In this document: one piece after another, positions 1-11,505 of the stretch | How positions within the stretch are numbered: the stretch's first letter is position 1 | Layout of the letters: each line of letters opens with the position of its first letter | Assembly: GCA_965205505.1 (NCBI GenBank) | Contig: CBDBHB010000009.1 | Location: 416,001 to 480,000, forward strand | Direction of reading: 5' to 3' | Length of the DNA stretch: 64,000 nucleotides | Source of the DNA: Acidobacteriota bacterium | GTDB taxonomy: Bacteria; Acidobacteriota; UBA890; WLXD01 | Position numbers and translations under genes: made by a program | Notes under the pieces: model-generated | What the model was told of the DNA's origin: nothing | Databases searched by the model: none | Seen by the model: the letters and a program-made list of their open reading frames with translations, nothing else

Positions 1-767
1 CGATGTGGGGGAGGAACGGCGAGTCCCCGATGGCTGTGATCGCCGCCTCTACCCCCGGAGATTGCTTCGCTACTGCCATCGAGGCTGTTCGTATTGCGCT
101 CCAATACATGATGCCGGTGCTGTTGCTCTCAGACGGCTATATCGCTAATGGCGCAGAGCCCTGGCTGGTGCCCAACGCCAGCGATCTGCCTGAAATCTCC
201 GTGCAGTTTCGAACCGACCCCGAGGGCTTCGAACCGTTTCTCAGGGATCCGGAGACTCTGGCGCGGCCGTGGGTGAAGCCCGGCACTCCAGGACTCGAGC
301 ACCGCATCGGCGGCCTCGCGCACCAGGAAGGCTCCGGCAACGTTTCCTACGACCCGGCGAACCACGAGCAGATGACCGTTCTGCGCGAGGAGAAGATCGC
401 TCGGATAGCGAACGACATTCCCCCGGCGAAGCCCTTCGGCGACGACAGCGGCGATCTCCTGCTGGTCGGCTGGGGAGGCACCTACGGTTCCCTGCATGCG
501 GCAACGCTGGCGGCGCGGGCGAAGGGGCTCAGCGTCTCGCACGTCCATCTTCGCCACATCAACCCGTTCCCCTCGAACCTCGCGGAGGTGCTGGGCTCCT
601 TCGATCGGGTACTGGTTGTGGAGCTCAACCGGGGCCAGCTCGACACCCTGTTGCGCGCTCGCTACCTGTTAGACACCCTGAAGCTCAACAAAGTCCGGGG
701 ACAGCCCTTCTCGGTGGCGGAGATCGTCGCCGCTGTGGAGACGGCCCTCGAAGGCGAGAAACGATGA
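1..767 (+). CDS. korA: 2-oxoacid:ferredoxin oxidoreductase alpha subunit (C-terminal part; starts before window)
   Basis: GRNGESPM, LLSDGYIANG, PGLEHRIGGL, VGWGGTYG and ELNRGQL motifs; ATGA overlap with beta subunit. Confidence 0.93.
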   Translation, partial: MWGRNGESPMAVIAASTPGDCFATAIEAVRIALQYMMPVLLLSDGYIANGAEPWLVPNASDLPEISVQFRTDPEGFEPFLRDPETLARPWVKPGTPGLEHRIGGLAHQEGSGNVSYDPANHEQMTVLREEKIARIANDIPPAKPFGDDSGDLLLVGWGGTYGSLHAATLAARAKGLSVSHVHLRHINPFPSNLAEVLGSFDRVLVVELNRGQLDTLLRARYLLDTLKLNKVRGQPFSVAEIVAAVETALEGEKR

Positions 768-1816
768 GTCTGGCATCGACTGCACCCCCCACGTACTCGA
801 AAAAGGACTTCGCCTCCGACCAGACTGTCCGCTGGTGTCCGGGTTGCGGCGACTACGCCATCCTGAGCACGGTGCAGAAGGTCTTCGCCACCCTGGGGAT
901 CCCCCGCGAGAAGTTTGTCATCATTTCCGGAATCGGTTGCTCCAGTCGCTTCCCCTATTACATGAACACCTACGGGTTCCACACCATCCATGGACGCGCC
1001 CCGGCGCTTGCCACGGGACTGAAGGTGGCGCGCCCCGATCTCTCGGTCTGGGTGGTGACCGGCGACGGCGACGCGCTCTCCATCGGCGGCAACCACATCC
1101 TGCATTCGATGCGTCGCAACGTGGACATCAAGGTGTTGCTCTTCAACAACAGAATCTATGGGCTCACCAAGGGCCAATACTCCCCCACATCGGAGGTGGG
1201 TAAGAAGACCAAGACGTCGCCCTACGGGTCTATCGACCGGCCGCTTCAACCTCTTTCCATCGCCCTGGCGGCGGAGGCGACCTTCGTTGCCAGGACCGCC
1301 GATGTTTACGGCCAGCATCTGGCGACAGTGCTGCAGCGAACCGCCGCGCACCGGGGATCTGCTTTCGTGGAGATCTTGCAGAACTGCAACATCTTTAACG
1401 ACGGAGCCTTCGAGGGTGTGACGGACCGGCAGACGCGCGAGGACCAGAAGGTGGACCTGGTGCACGGAGAGCCGATGGTGTTCGGCAAGAACCGAGATCG
1501 GGGCGTTCGGTTGCAAGGGCTGATGCCCGAGGTGGTGCAGGTTGGCAACGGCGGGGTGCCGGAGGAGGAGCTCCTGCACCACGACGAGGCGGCGGCGGAT
1601 CCCACCCTCGCCTACCTCCTCAGCCAACTCGAGCCACCTGACTTCCCGATGCCGATGGGTGTCTTCCGAGCGCTGCAGGAAGAGACCTACGACGATGCCA
1701 TCCACCGCCAGATCCGTGATGCCCGCGGAGCGGGGCCCGAGAGCGATCTCGACGCCTTGCTCCAGGAGGGGGATACCTGGCGAATCAACACGGAGACCGC
1801 AGACGAGACAGTCTGA
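764..1816 (+). CDS. korB: 2-oxoacid:ferredoxin oxidoreductase beta subunit
   Basis: WCPGCGD, SGIGCSSR, TGDGD...NN TPP-binding motif; true start ATG 764 overlaps the korA stop. Confidence 0.95.
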   Translation: MSLASTAPPTYSKKDFASDQTVRWCPGCGDYAILSTVQKVFATLGIPREKFVIISGIGCSSRFPYYMNTYGFHTIHGRAPALATGLKVARPDLSVWVVTGDGDALSIGGNHILHSMRRNVDIKVLLFNNRIYGLTKGQYSPTSEVGKKTKTSPYGSIDRPLQPLSIALAAEATFVARTADVYGQHLATVLQRTAAHRGSAFVEILQNCNIFNDGAFEGVTDRQTREDQKVDLVHGEPMVFGKNRDRGVRLQGLMPEVVQVGNGGVPEEELLHHDEAAADPTLAYLLSQLEPPDFPMPMGVFRALQEETYDDAIHRQIRDARGAGPESDLDALLQEGDTWRINTETADETV

Positions 1817-1836
1817 CGCGCCAAGGAGCAGAGGCC

Positions 1837-2373
1837 ATGAGCACTGGCTACGACGAAGACCTGGACATGTACGAGGAGGCCAGAGGCCCGCGAAAACGAC
1901 AGCTCGACAACCGGGTTCTGCTGCGCCCGATAAGCGATCTCAACTACCCGAAGAATCCCGCCGCCGTAGCCCCCGACACGACGGTCGAGGAGGCTCTGGA
2001 CGTGATGGTCGCCAAGAAGATCGGCGGCCTGTTGGTAGTGGAGGACGGCAAGGTCGTCGGCATCTTCGCCGAGCGTGATGCGCTCATGAAGCGGCTCTAC
2101 GATACCAAGGGGCTTGATCGGCCCGTGCGCGACTACATGACCGCCGACCCGGATTGCCTGACGATCTACGACGGAATAGCGGTCGCCTTGAACCGGATGG
2201 TCGAGGGCGGTTACCGGCACGTCCCGCTGGTGAACGCTGAACACGAGCCGGTGGGAATCCTGGTCATGCGCGATGTCGTGCGATACGTGGTGTCGTTCTT
2301 CCCGGCCGAGGTCCTCAACCTGCCGCCGCATAGCGAGCACGACCCGCCGGACCGGTCCATCGACGGCGGGTAG
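1837..2373 (+). CDS. CBS domain pair protein
   Basis: Two CBS repeats (VAPDTTVEEALDVM...GIFAERD; MVEGGYRHVPLV...GILVMRD); AAGGAG RBS. Confidence 0.9.
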   Translation: MSTGYDEDLDMYEEARGPRKRQLDNRVLLRPISDLNYPKNPAAVAPDTTVEEALDVMVAKKIGGLLVVEDGKVVGIFAERDALMKRLYDTKGLDRPVRDYMTADPDCLTIYDGIAVALNRMVEGGYRHVPLVNAEHEPVGILVMRDVVRYVVSFFPAEVLNLPPHSEHDPPDRSIDGG

Positions 2374-2421
2374 TGTGGTTCGCGCGGGGCCGGGGAGGGC
2401 CACGAACGCGACGCCGCTGCG

Positions 2422-3909
2422 TTACTCCATCGCCAGCTCGACGAACTCGTCCCAGACCTTCAGCAGCTTGGTGGTGTCGTTCTCGGCGTGACTTGGCGTG
2501 ATCAGGCACATGTTGAAGTAGGGCATGATCAGCACGCCGTGGTTCCAGAAGTAGGCGTGGGAGAGCTCGAAGAGGCCACCGAATCCGACCTGGACTAGCC
2601 CGGCGATCGGGTCGCTGACCGGTTCGGGTATGAAATGGTAGCAGATCCGGTTGCCTATCGTCTCGATCCTGAACGGCGCGTTGTGGCGCTGCAGGCTGTC
2701 TTCCATACCGGTCTTGATGGCGCCCGCCGCCGCGTCGATCCTGGCGAAGGTCTCGTCGGTGAATATCTGCTCCAGCGTCACCCGCAGCGCCAGGGTGGAC
2801 ATGGCGTTGCCGCATAGTGCCGTGCCCAGGAAGCCGAAGCCGGCGCCGGCAAAAAAACCGACCTCCGTGTGATCGCGCTCTACTTTCTTGGCGATCTCCT
2901 CGGTCATGCCGAAGACCGCACCCGGGATGCCGCTCGAGATCGACTTGCCGCAGGTCCAGAAGTCGCCTGAGATCCCCATGTGCCCGGCCATTCCCCTCGG
3001 GCCCTGACTGATGGTGTGGGTCTCGTCGTAGCAGAGCAGCGTTCCGTACTTCTCGCACAGCCCCTTGAGCCCTTCGTGCCAGCCGGGCCTCGGCCACGCC
3101 CAACCGAAGTTGGACATCACCGGTTCCACCATTACGCAGGCGACGGTGCGGTCTTGCAGGATCTCGTCGACGCTTTCGAGGTCGTTCCAGTTGAAGACCT
3201 TCGTCCCCTGATCGACGTCGCCGTGGTAAATGCCGAGGTCGTGGAAGCGCGAGATCTTGCCCGGCGCCGGCATGAACTTCTGAGTCTCGTCGATGGTGCC
3301 GTGGTAGGTGAAGTTGGGGATGGCGATGTTCGGTCTGCCGGTATGGTGGCGAGCAATGGCGAGCACGAAGCGGTTGGCGTCGGATGCCGACAGAGCGTGC
3401 ATCCAGTGGCTGAGGCCGAAGCGGTCCGCGAGGAGCTGGGTCGCCGCGATGGAGTCTTCGTTGCACATCATCGTCGACAGGCCGTCCCTGGTGAGGCGAT
3501 CGGCCACCGCAGCGTAGACTGGGTTGTCGGGGACGCGTCCGAACATGTCCGGGGAGTCGCCGAAGTTGACGTCCAGGTACTCGTTGACGTCGACGTCCCA
3601 GAGCTTGTTGCCGTACGAGCGCTCGGCGTAGAGAAGATGCGGCGTTTCCCAGTCTTTTTGGCAGGTGGCGAAAACGCCCCAGGGCATCGACTTCCTGCCC
3701 TCGTCTTGCATCTCCTTCGACTTCGGGGTCCTGCTCATCCACTCCGACATCTGCTCTTCGGCCAGGGCTAGCAGCGTCTCCCGCGGCTTCACGCCGGGGA
3801 GAATCGGAAAGACGGTGGAAAGATCCGTGGGGTCGGCGTAGGGCGCCCAGTTCCGGGCTTGCTCCAACGGGAATGGTCGCGTCGACGCCATCCGGCTTTT
3901 CTTCACCAT
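2422..3909 (-). CDS. Class III PLP-dependent aminotransferase (glutamate-1-semialdehyde aminomutase-like)
   Basis: LWDVDVNEYLD, YHGTID, VEPVMSN, YDETHT, GKSISSGIP (PLP lysine). Confidence 0.88.
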   Translation of the reverse strand: MVKKSRMASTRPFPLEQARNWAPYADPTDLSTVFPILPGVKPRETLLALAEEQMSEWMSRTPKSKEMQDEGRKSMPWGVFATCQKDWETPHLLYAERSYGNKLWDVDVNEYLDVNFGDSPDMFGRVPDNPVYAAVADRLTRDGLSTMMCNEDSIAATQLLADRFGLSHWMHALSASDANRFVLAIARHHTGRPNIAIPNFTYHGTIDETQKFMPAPGKISRFHDLGIYHGDVDQGTKVFNWNDLESVDEILQDRTVACVMVEPVMSNFGWAWPRPGWHEGLKGLCEKYGTLLCYDETHTISQGPRGMAGHMGISGDFWTCGKSISSGIPGAVFGMTEEIAKKVERDHTEVGFFAGAGFGFLGTALCGNAMSTLALRVTLEQIFTDETFARIDAAAGAIKTGMEDSLQRHNAPFRIETIGNRICYHFIPEPVSDPIAGLVQVGFGGLFELSHAYFWNHGVLIMPYFNMCLITPSHAENDTTKLLKVWDEFVELAME

Positions 3910-4061
3910 AGGGGGGCAGTCCAGTTGACCTTCGGGGACGAGATTTGCGAGCCTAGCTTCAAAGGTACCGTGGAAACGGTGCGCGTATCACTGGTGCTGG
4001 CAGCACTCCAATGCAGCGAATCGAAGACATCTGATCCAGGCGAGTTGCCCAGGAGAACCCC

Positions 4062-4702
4062 ATGAAACCACCGAACTGGGCCATGGTCGTGGCTCTGGCG
4101 GGTCTCGAAATCGTGCAATTTGCAGCACACGATGCGGGTGCGGTCAGCGAGGCGATTGCTCCGGGGCAGCGAGAACAGTTCGTTGATCAACGCGATGGAC
4201 AGCGATATCGGATGGTCGAAATCGGCGACGCGACCTGGCTCGCCGGCAACCTGAACTACGAAACGCCGGAATCCTATTGTTACGGTGATCAGCCGGCCAA
4301 CTGCGACCGTCACGGGCGCCTGTACAGATGGGAGGCAGCGCTGTCCGCTTGCCCGCCCGGGTGGCATCTGTCGACCGAGCAGGCTGGCAGTCGATGGAGC
4401 TCGCGTTGGGGCTGCCAGTCTCCGAGCTCGAGAGCGAGGGTAACCGTGGATCGGCAGAGGGAGCCCGGCTCAAACCAGGTGGTGATACCGGTTTCGATGT
4501 ACAGCTCGGCGGCTGGCGCCGGTCCGAGGATGGCGTGTACGAGGCGATCGGCAGGGCGGCAGCTTACTGGACCGCCACGGAGTCCGGCCCCGGTCGAGCT
4601 TGGCATAGGGACGTCGATACCGGTGACGACCAGATCTGGCGAAGCCCCGTCATCAAACCGTACGGCCTGAGCGTTCGCTGCGTGATGAATCGCGATCAGT
4701 GA
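4062..4702 (+). CDS. FISUMP (Fibrobacter succinogenes major paralogous) domain protein, frameshifted near 4382
   Basis: DQRDGQRY, WLAGNLNY, GRLYRW, CPPGWHL in one frame; W...YWTATE...GLSVRCV in the next frame; one base appears missing. Confidence 0.8.
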
Positions 4703-6290
4703 GCCGTCGAATCTCGTCGTCGTTGCCGGTGAGCTCCCAGCGAGTCAACGCGATGGGGATGATACCGCCGCTCATAAACTCGTCGAGCAGCTCGCGCAGG
4801 TCGAACGCCTCGCCGAGCTGTTGCGAGTGGTCGGCGATCAGCTGCAGCAGCATTTGCTTGCCGACCACGTAGCTGGTCGAGTGCGCCGGCGCGCGTAGGG
4901 CCTCTTCGATATCCCACCAAACGGCGTCGCTGTCGGGCGCCGCCCAAGGGTAGGGGAGCTTGTCGACGAACGCCTGGATGCCCTCGTCCATGGTGTATTC
5001 GTTGGCGTGCATCATCAGGTCCGACAGTGCCCGAGCGGTGCGGAAGGCCATCCAGATATACGTGATCTGCTTGGCGCGCGGCCGCGAGACGAGCGATCCG
5101 AGCTGCAGCATGATCTCCTCGCTGCCGAACGCCAGCGCCTCGGAGCGCGCCTCGTGCATGTCGAACAGGCGGATGGTGCCGCGGATCGGTCGGGTGTCGC
5201 CGTCTTGGTACCAGATGGTGCGGTCGCGCACGTAGTAGTGGCCGAAGAAAGTGTGGGTGATCTGGGTCATCGGCTCACGATCGCAACACTGCTCGAAGAA
5301 GCCGCGATAGCCCGGTCGAAGGTAGGCGCTCTTCCCCCAGGTGCGAGGGAAGCGGTGTTCCGGTAGGGGCTCGAGATCCTCGGGCACGGTGATGATCTTT
5401 CGATCGCGGAGAAACTCGAGTAGCTCCTGCGCCGCAGCGCCCTGGCGCTCCAGATTCTGCGCCTCGCTCGACGTCATCTCGAACGGCGGCAGGTCGCGGT
5501 TGCGGTGTTCCTCGAGCCGCAGGAAGGCAACGGCGCGGTGGTACTCGCTCTGAATCATGGTGAGCAGCTCGTCCCAGCCGTAGGGGATGAGCAGCACGTT
5601 TCTCAGCCACCAGTCGTAGTTGTCCTTGCCGACTCCTGCAGGTGCAGTCATCAGCGGGATCTGCTGGTTGAGCCAGTCGCGGAACTCGTCGATGGCGACC
5701 AGCGCGCGCTCGGCGTCGACGACAGCCTCCGGATGATGCGCAGCTAGCTGCTCAGCGATTCCCTCGACGAAGCTACGCTCCTTTTCCTTCAAGCGGACTG
5801 CCACGCGGGCCAGATCGGCCGACGCCTCGGTGAGGTTGCCGCGCGCCTGCTCGAAGATCGTCGGGATTGCCCGGAGCTTCACCCGTAGCGTCGCCAGCTC
5901 GCCCTCCGACAGCGGCAGGCGTGGCCAGTCCAGCGGCAGGGCGAGTGGCCAGTCCGACAGCATGCGCGAATGGTGCACCAGCAACCTCGGGTAGATGCCG
6001 TCGATAATGTTGTAGAAGCCCGGATCGCGGGCCCACGGGCGCAACACCCGATGGTCGAAGTCGACACCGTTCATCTCCGCGCAGACGACCTGATAGTCGA
6101 CCTGCTCCGAGATGCTCCAAGCGCTGATATCCAGCCTCGTGAGCCGCTCCTGAAGCCGCAGCAACTCGGTGTGCTTCCGCCCCATGGCGGTGTGTGTGTA
6201 GTCGGGTACGCCTCCGACCACGTCTGGCGCGAGCGATGCGCGGAAGTCGTCGAACAGCGCTACTAGATCCCGGTGCTCGTGTCCGCTCAT
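4653..6290 (-). CDS. DUF885 family protein
   Basis: VLRPWARDPGFY, SEALAF, DLMMHANEYT, SYVVGK, GEAFDLRELLDEF; paralog of 39720..41351. Confidence 0.8.
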   Translation of the reverse strand: MSGHEHRDLVALFDDFRASLAPDVVGGVPDYTHTAMGRKHTELLRLQERLTRLDISAWSISEQVDYQVVCAEMNGVDFDHRVLRPWARDPGFYNIIDGIYPRLLVHHSRMLSDWPLALPLDWPRLPLSEGELATLRVKLRAIPTIFEQARGNLTEASADLARVAVRLKEKERSFVEGIAEQLAAHHPEAVVDAERALVAIDEFRDWLNQQIPLMTAPAGVGKDNYDWWLRNVLLIPYGWDELLTMIQSEYHRAVAFLRLEEHRNRDLPPFEMTSSEAQNLERQGAAAQELLEFLRDRKIITVPEDLEPLPEHRFPRTWGKSAYLRPGYRGFFEQCCDREPMTQITHTFFGHYYVRDRTIWYQDGDTRPIRGTIRLFDMHEARSEALAFGSEEIMLQLGSLVSRPRAKQITYIWMAFRTARALSDLMMHANEYTMDEGIQAFVDKLPYPWAAPDSDAVWWDIEEALRAPAHSTSYVVGKQMLLQLIADHSQQLGEAFDLRELLDEFMSGGIIPIALTRWELTGNDDEIRRLTDRDSSRSERSGRTV

Positions 6291-6294
6291 TCGG

Positions 6295-7983
6295 TCAGCT
6301 CAGGATCCAGAAGAACAGGGCGATCATGGCGGCGACCCCCACCCAGCTCAGCAGGAAGCCGACCACCGTGGATCGATTGGGCGTCGGGATCTCGAAGTCG
6401 GGATGATCGATCAGCACCTGGCGTGGTGCCGGCGCGGTACCCGCCGGGAGGCACAGCGGCTCGACCTCGGCCTCACCAACCTGCACGGGGGTGCGCAGCG
6501 TGCTGTACACGCGGTCGAGCGTCTCCTTGTCGGGCGCCTTCGTCGTTAGGCTCACCACCACCATCAGCGAGACGCTCACCGCGAGGTAGAAGATCATCTG
6601 CCACGGCAACGACAGCTCGCCCTGCCACACCATGAAGTCGGGTAGCGAGGCGGCGTAGCGAGCGTTGAAGTCCCAGCCGATGATGTCGATGCGGGCGGTG
6701 AAGGCCCAGGCGAGAAACCCGCCCAGCGTCGAGGCCCAGGTGGCCGCCACCGTCGCCCGTCGCCATACGAAGCTGACCCATATGGCGATCCCCATCATGG
6801 CTCCCACCTTCCAGAACATCTCCAGACCTTCCACGACGCTCTCCAGCTCGAAGGCGATGGTGATGCCGGCGAGCACCACCACACCCGAGCTGATGCGTCC
6901 GATGAGGATGTAGTGCCGCTGATCGCGGTCCGGGCGGATGAGCGGCCGATAGATGTTCTCGGTGAACAGCGCCGCGGCCGAGACCATGAGCGCATCGCAT
7001 GAGCTCATCACCGCCGCCAGCATCGAGGCGATGAACAGCCCCACCAGGCCCGGTGCGATGGTCGGCAGGAGGTCGCGGGCAAGCAGCCCGTACAGCTGGT
7101 CGGGGTCGACGGCGGTGCCGGCGTAGATACCGATGCCGCACATAGCCGTCAGCACCCAGGCGATGGTGCAGAAACGCTTCAGGAACATACCGCTTACCAG
7201 GCCGACCCGCGCCTCCTCGTCGGTGGTACCGGCACCACAGAGCGCCATCGAATAGGGCGTTGCGACCCATCCGATAAGCGCGTTGAGCGATATGACGATG
7301 ACGTAGAGCGTGGTGATCTCGCCGGGGGCGACCACCTGGAACACGGTCGGATCGGTGACGGTCGCGCGTAGCCCATCCAGACCACCGACCGCCCGCAGGG
7401 CGAACGGCAGCAGCAAGAACGAAAGGACGACGGTCAGCACCCCTTGGAGGGCGTCGGTCATGATGGCTGCGTTCAGCCCGCCGACGATTCCATAGACCAT
7501 GAACAGCACCGTCATGCCGATGATCGCCAGCTCGGCGCTGATCGTGCCTCCTGATACAGCCGTCACCATGGCGCCGGCCGCCTTGAGCGTGACCCCGATG
7601 TTGACGGACAGCTGCGCGATGCCGAGCACTGCGAAGAGAATCGCCACGCTCTGGTCGTAGCGCGCGTGCAGGTAGTCGGCGATGGTCACCGCCCGCATGC
7701 GCCGAAACAGCGGTGCCAGCAACCAGTAGAAGGGCGTCGAGAACAGCCACAACCACTGATACCAGATGCCGGAGGCGCCAGAGGTGTAGGTCTTCGACGC
7801 CACGCTCACCGCCTGGTCGGTGTTCGTGCCTGTGCCGAAAGTGAACAGGGTCATCATCAGCTTGCCGAACTTGCGATCGCTGATGAAGAAATCGGACGCG
7901 CTGTTGACCTTCTTCGCCGCCGATGCGCCCAGCACGGTGATAGCGATCAAGTAGACGGCGATGACGAGCCAATCGACGAACAT
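6295..7983 (-). CDS. Sodium:solute symporter family transporter
   Basis: Many TM helices; DFFISDRKFG, YGIVGGLNAAIMTDALQG, LAAVMSSCD motifs. Confidence 0.92.
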   Translation of the reverse strand: MFVDWLVIAVYLIAITVLGASAAKKVNSASDFFISDRKFGKLMMTLFTFGTGTNTDQAVSVASKTYTSGASGIWYQWLWLFSTPFYWLLAPLFRRMRAVTIADYLHARYDQSVAILFAVLGIAQLSVNIGVTLKAAGAMVTAVSGGTISAELAIIGMTVLFMVYGIVGGLNAAIMTDALQGVLTVVLSFLLLPFALRAVGGLDGLRATVTDPTVFQVVAPGEITTLYVIVISLNALIGWVATPYSMALCGAGTTDEEARVGLVSGMFLKRFCTIAWVLTAMCGIGIYAGTAVDPDQLYGLLARDLLPTIAPGLVGLFIASMLAAVMSSCDALMVSAAALFTENIYRPLIRPDRDQRHYILIGRISSGVVVLAGITIAFELESVVEGLEMFWKVGAMMGIAIWVSFVWRRATVAATWASTLGGFLAWAFTARIDIIGWDFNARYAASLPDFMVWQGELSLPWQMIFYLAVSVSLMVVVSLTTKAPDKETLDRVYSTLRTPVQVGEAEVEPLCLPAGTAPAPRQVLIDHPDFEIPTPNRSTVVGFLLSWVGVAAMIALFFWILS

Positions 7984-8116
7984 GGGTGGTGGATACTACC
8001 TGGCGAGGTGCGCGGGCGGAGGGATCGGCTTGCCGAGAGTCTCGACGCCGATTTCGTATACTGTATGCAGTCTGGAAAAACGCTTCAATGGCGGGTGTTT
8101 TTCGGCGGAGGAAGGA

Positions 8117-9163
<1,047 letters not shown>

Positions 9164-9196
9164 GTGGCCGGATCGCTAACCAGGAATGAGATTGCG

Positions 9197-10198
9197 ATGA
9201 GCTTTCGTTGGGCACAGTTGGGCGACGTCGCCGTACGCAAGATGGGGCAGGTCAAGCCGGGCGAGAAGGTGCTCGTGTTGTCGGACACCTGGACGGATCA
9301 GGATGTTGCCAACGCCTTCTTCAACGCTGCCATCAATGCCGGCGCACAGGCGACGCTGCTGGTGATCCCGCGCATGGCGCCGACCGACGCCAGCGAGCTC
9401 GATGACGTGACCATCGCTGCTATTGCCGCCGCGGACGTTGTGCTGGGTGTGTGCGAGACGATGGTCGCTAACAAGGAATCCACCGAGCGAGCGCTCGCCG
9501 GCGGTACGCGCATGTCCTCGACCAACGTCAACGGCATGGAAGACTTCGTCATCGAGGGCCTCCTCGACGTCGACTACGACTTGATGATCGAGATCGCCAA
9601 CAAGATCGGCGACCTCTGGCAGAAGACGGAGCTGTGTCGGGTAACCTCGCAGTACGGCACCGACATCACCTACGACATGCGCGAGCGCCCCATCGACGTG
9701 GGGCACGGCATGGCCCTCGAGCCGGGTGCGTCCGACTTCTTCCCGGGCGTCTCGGTGGCCAACGCGCCGATCGAGAAGACGATTCAGGGCACCATCGTGG
9801 TCGACGGCAACATCCCGCCGGGGCGTCTGGTGAAGGAGCCGGTGACACTCCGTATCGAGGACGGCGTCATCGTGGCGATCGAGGGCGGCGGCGACGCCGC
9901 GGCGTTGCGCGCCTACTTCGCCGCCAGCGGCGATCCCATCGCCACCCACCTGTGTCACTTCACGCTGGGGCTGAATCCGCGCGCACGCACCTCCGGCAGC
10001 GTTCACCAAGACGAGCATGTTCTCGGCGCCATCACCTACGGCTTCGGCTCGCAATCGGGCATTTTCGCGGGGTGCGTGCCGCCGTGCAACGTCCACTGTG
10101 ACGTCGTGCTCACCACTGGAAAGATCGAGTGCGACGGCGTGGTGATGCTCGACGCCAACGAGCTCAACGCCGACCTCGGTCTCGGCGGGCTTTCCTGA
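9197..10198 (+). CDS. Aminopeptidase T/M29-like (leucyl aminopeptidase or NicX-like) metalloprotein
   Basis: VKPGEKVLVLSD, GTDITY, APIEKTIQGTIVVDG, LGLNPRAR...DEHVLG, HCDVV. Confidence 0.7.
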   Translation: MSFRWAQLGDVAVRKMGQVKPGEKVLVLSDTWTDQDVANAFFNAAINAGAQATLLVIPRMAPTDASELDDVTIAAIAAADVVLGVCETMVANKESTERALAGGTRMSSTNVNGMEDFVIEGLLDVDYDLMIEIANKIGDLWQKTELCRVTSQYGTDITYDMRERPIDVGHGMALEPGASDFFPGVSVANAPIEKTIQGTIVVDGNIPPGRLVKEPVTLRIEDGVIVAIEGGGDAAALRAYFAASGDPIATHLCHFTLGLNPRARTSGSVHQDEHVLGAITYGFGSQSGIFAGCVPPCNVHCDVVLTTGKIECDGVVMLDANELNADLGLGGLS

Positions 10199-10202
10199 GC
10201 GT

Positions 10203-10233
10203 GGCCCGCCACACTTTCACCACGGCCTGCTAG
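10203..10233 (+). repeat. 31-bp IS-end-like direct repeat, copy 1
   Basis: GGCCCGCCACACTTTCACCACGGCCTGCTAG; 30/31 identical to 13297..13327. Confidence 0.85.
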
Positions 10234-10236
10234 GGG

Positions 10237-11505
10237 ATGTGGCGCGCCGAGCTCTTCCGTTCCTTCCGGCATCCGGGCTTCGGCCTGGTGTGGTCGTCGA
10301 TCTGCCTGAACGGCTATTCGGCCCATATCAGCACGGTGGCGCTCGGCTGGCTGGCGTTGGAGTTTACCGGCTCGGCGGTGGGGGTCGGCGCGGCGCTGGC
10401 GACGCGAATCCTGCCGCGCTTGTTTCTGTCGGTGCCGTTCGGCAGCCTGTCGGACCGCATGGACCGGCGCGTCATGCTGCAGGTCACCAACTGGAGCGGG
10501 GCGGGCATGGCGCTTGTTGCGGCGCTCGCCAGTACGCAGGGGTGGTTCGGCTTTGGTGGCGTGATGCTGGTGGCCACACTGGTCGGGGTATTCGATGTCG
10601 CCGAGACCACGCTCTCCAAGTCGTACGTCTACGACGTGGTTGGCCCCGAGGACGCCGTCAACGGGCTGGCGCTGGAGCAGCTGGCAAACAAGCTCTTCGG
10701 CGTGGTCGGCGGCATCTCCACCGGCTTCGCCTTGTCGTTGTGGGGTGGCGTCGGTGCGTTCGTAATGATGGCGGTGGCGTACCTCGGTAGCGCCATCCTG
10801 CTCACCATCATCCCGCTGGTCGCCCCGGGTACTGCCGCGAATCGCGAGTACCCGAGCGCCGCGACCGACGCGGAAGCAGGCGAGTCCCTGGGCGTGTGGG
10901 CCTCGATGTTCCAGATCATGCGCAGCCCGGCGGTGCTCGTATTCGCGGTGATCGCCATGGCCGCCGAGATCTTCGCCTACTCACACGAGGCGCTGGCGCC
11001 GTCCTTTGCTCGCGACATCCTGATGGCCGGCGAGCAGGGCCTCGGCAACCTCGTGGCGGTGCGCAACGGCGGTGGCGTGATCGGGCTGCTATTGCTCGGA
11101 TCGGTGGCGCGCCGGGTGCGGGCCGACCGACTGTTGCCGGTGGTGTGCGTATTCTTCGGCGTCGCGCTGCTGGTCTTCTCCATGTCGACGTCGTACCCGC
11201 TGTCGTTGGTGCTGATGGGCTTGGTTGGTATCGCCTGGGCGAGCCTCGACGCGCTGCTGCCTACCGCCCTGCAGCAGAACGTCGACGACCGCGATCGTGG
11301 CGCGGTGATAGGAGTCTGGAACCTGAGCCGCGGCGTCGGGCCTCTCGCTCAGCTCGAGATCGGCGCCCTGGTCACCACCATCGGCGTGGCCGCGACGCAG
11401 GCGGTGAACGGGGCGTTGTTCGCCATCATCGTGATCCTCGTTACGGTGTACTTTCGGCGGCGCCAATCCGGCTCGGCACCTGGGGCGGACACGACGACCT
11501 CATGA
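10237..11505 (+). CDS. MFS transporter
   Basis: About 12 TM segments; motif A GSLSDRMDRR. Confidence 0.92.
   Translation: MWRAELFRSFRHPGFGLVWSSICLNGYSAHISTVALGWLALEFTGSAVGVGAALATRILPRLFLSVPFGSLSDRMDRRVMLQVTNWSGAGMALVAALASTQGWFGFGGVMLVATLVGVFDVAETTLSKSYVYDVVGPEDAVNGLALEQLANKLFGVVGGISTGFALSLWGGVGAFVMMAVAYLGSAILLTIIPLVAPGTAANREYPSAATDAEAGESLGVWASMFQIMRSPAVLVFAVIAMAAEIFAYSHEALAPSFARDILMAGEQGLGNLVAVRNGGGVIGLLLLGSVARRVRADRLLPVVCVFFGVALLVFSMSTSYPLSLVLMGLVGIAWASLDALLPTALQQNVDDRDRGAVIGVWNLSRGVGPLAQLEIGALVTTIGVAATQAVNGALFAIIVILVTVYFRRRQSGSAPGADTTTS

Noticed and set aside
269-763. N-terminal extensions of the 269..1816, 10896..12944, 41025..43085, 25908..27656 and 27389..29230 ORFs
   Set aside because: They overlap upstream genes; downstream starts with coupling, RBS or signal peptides fit better.
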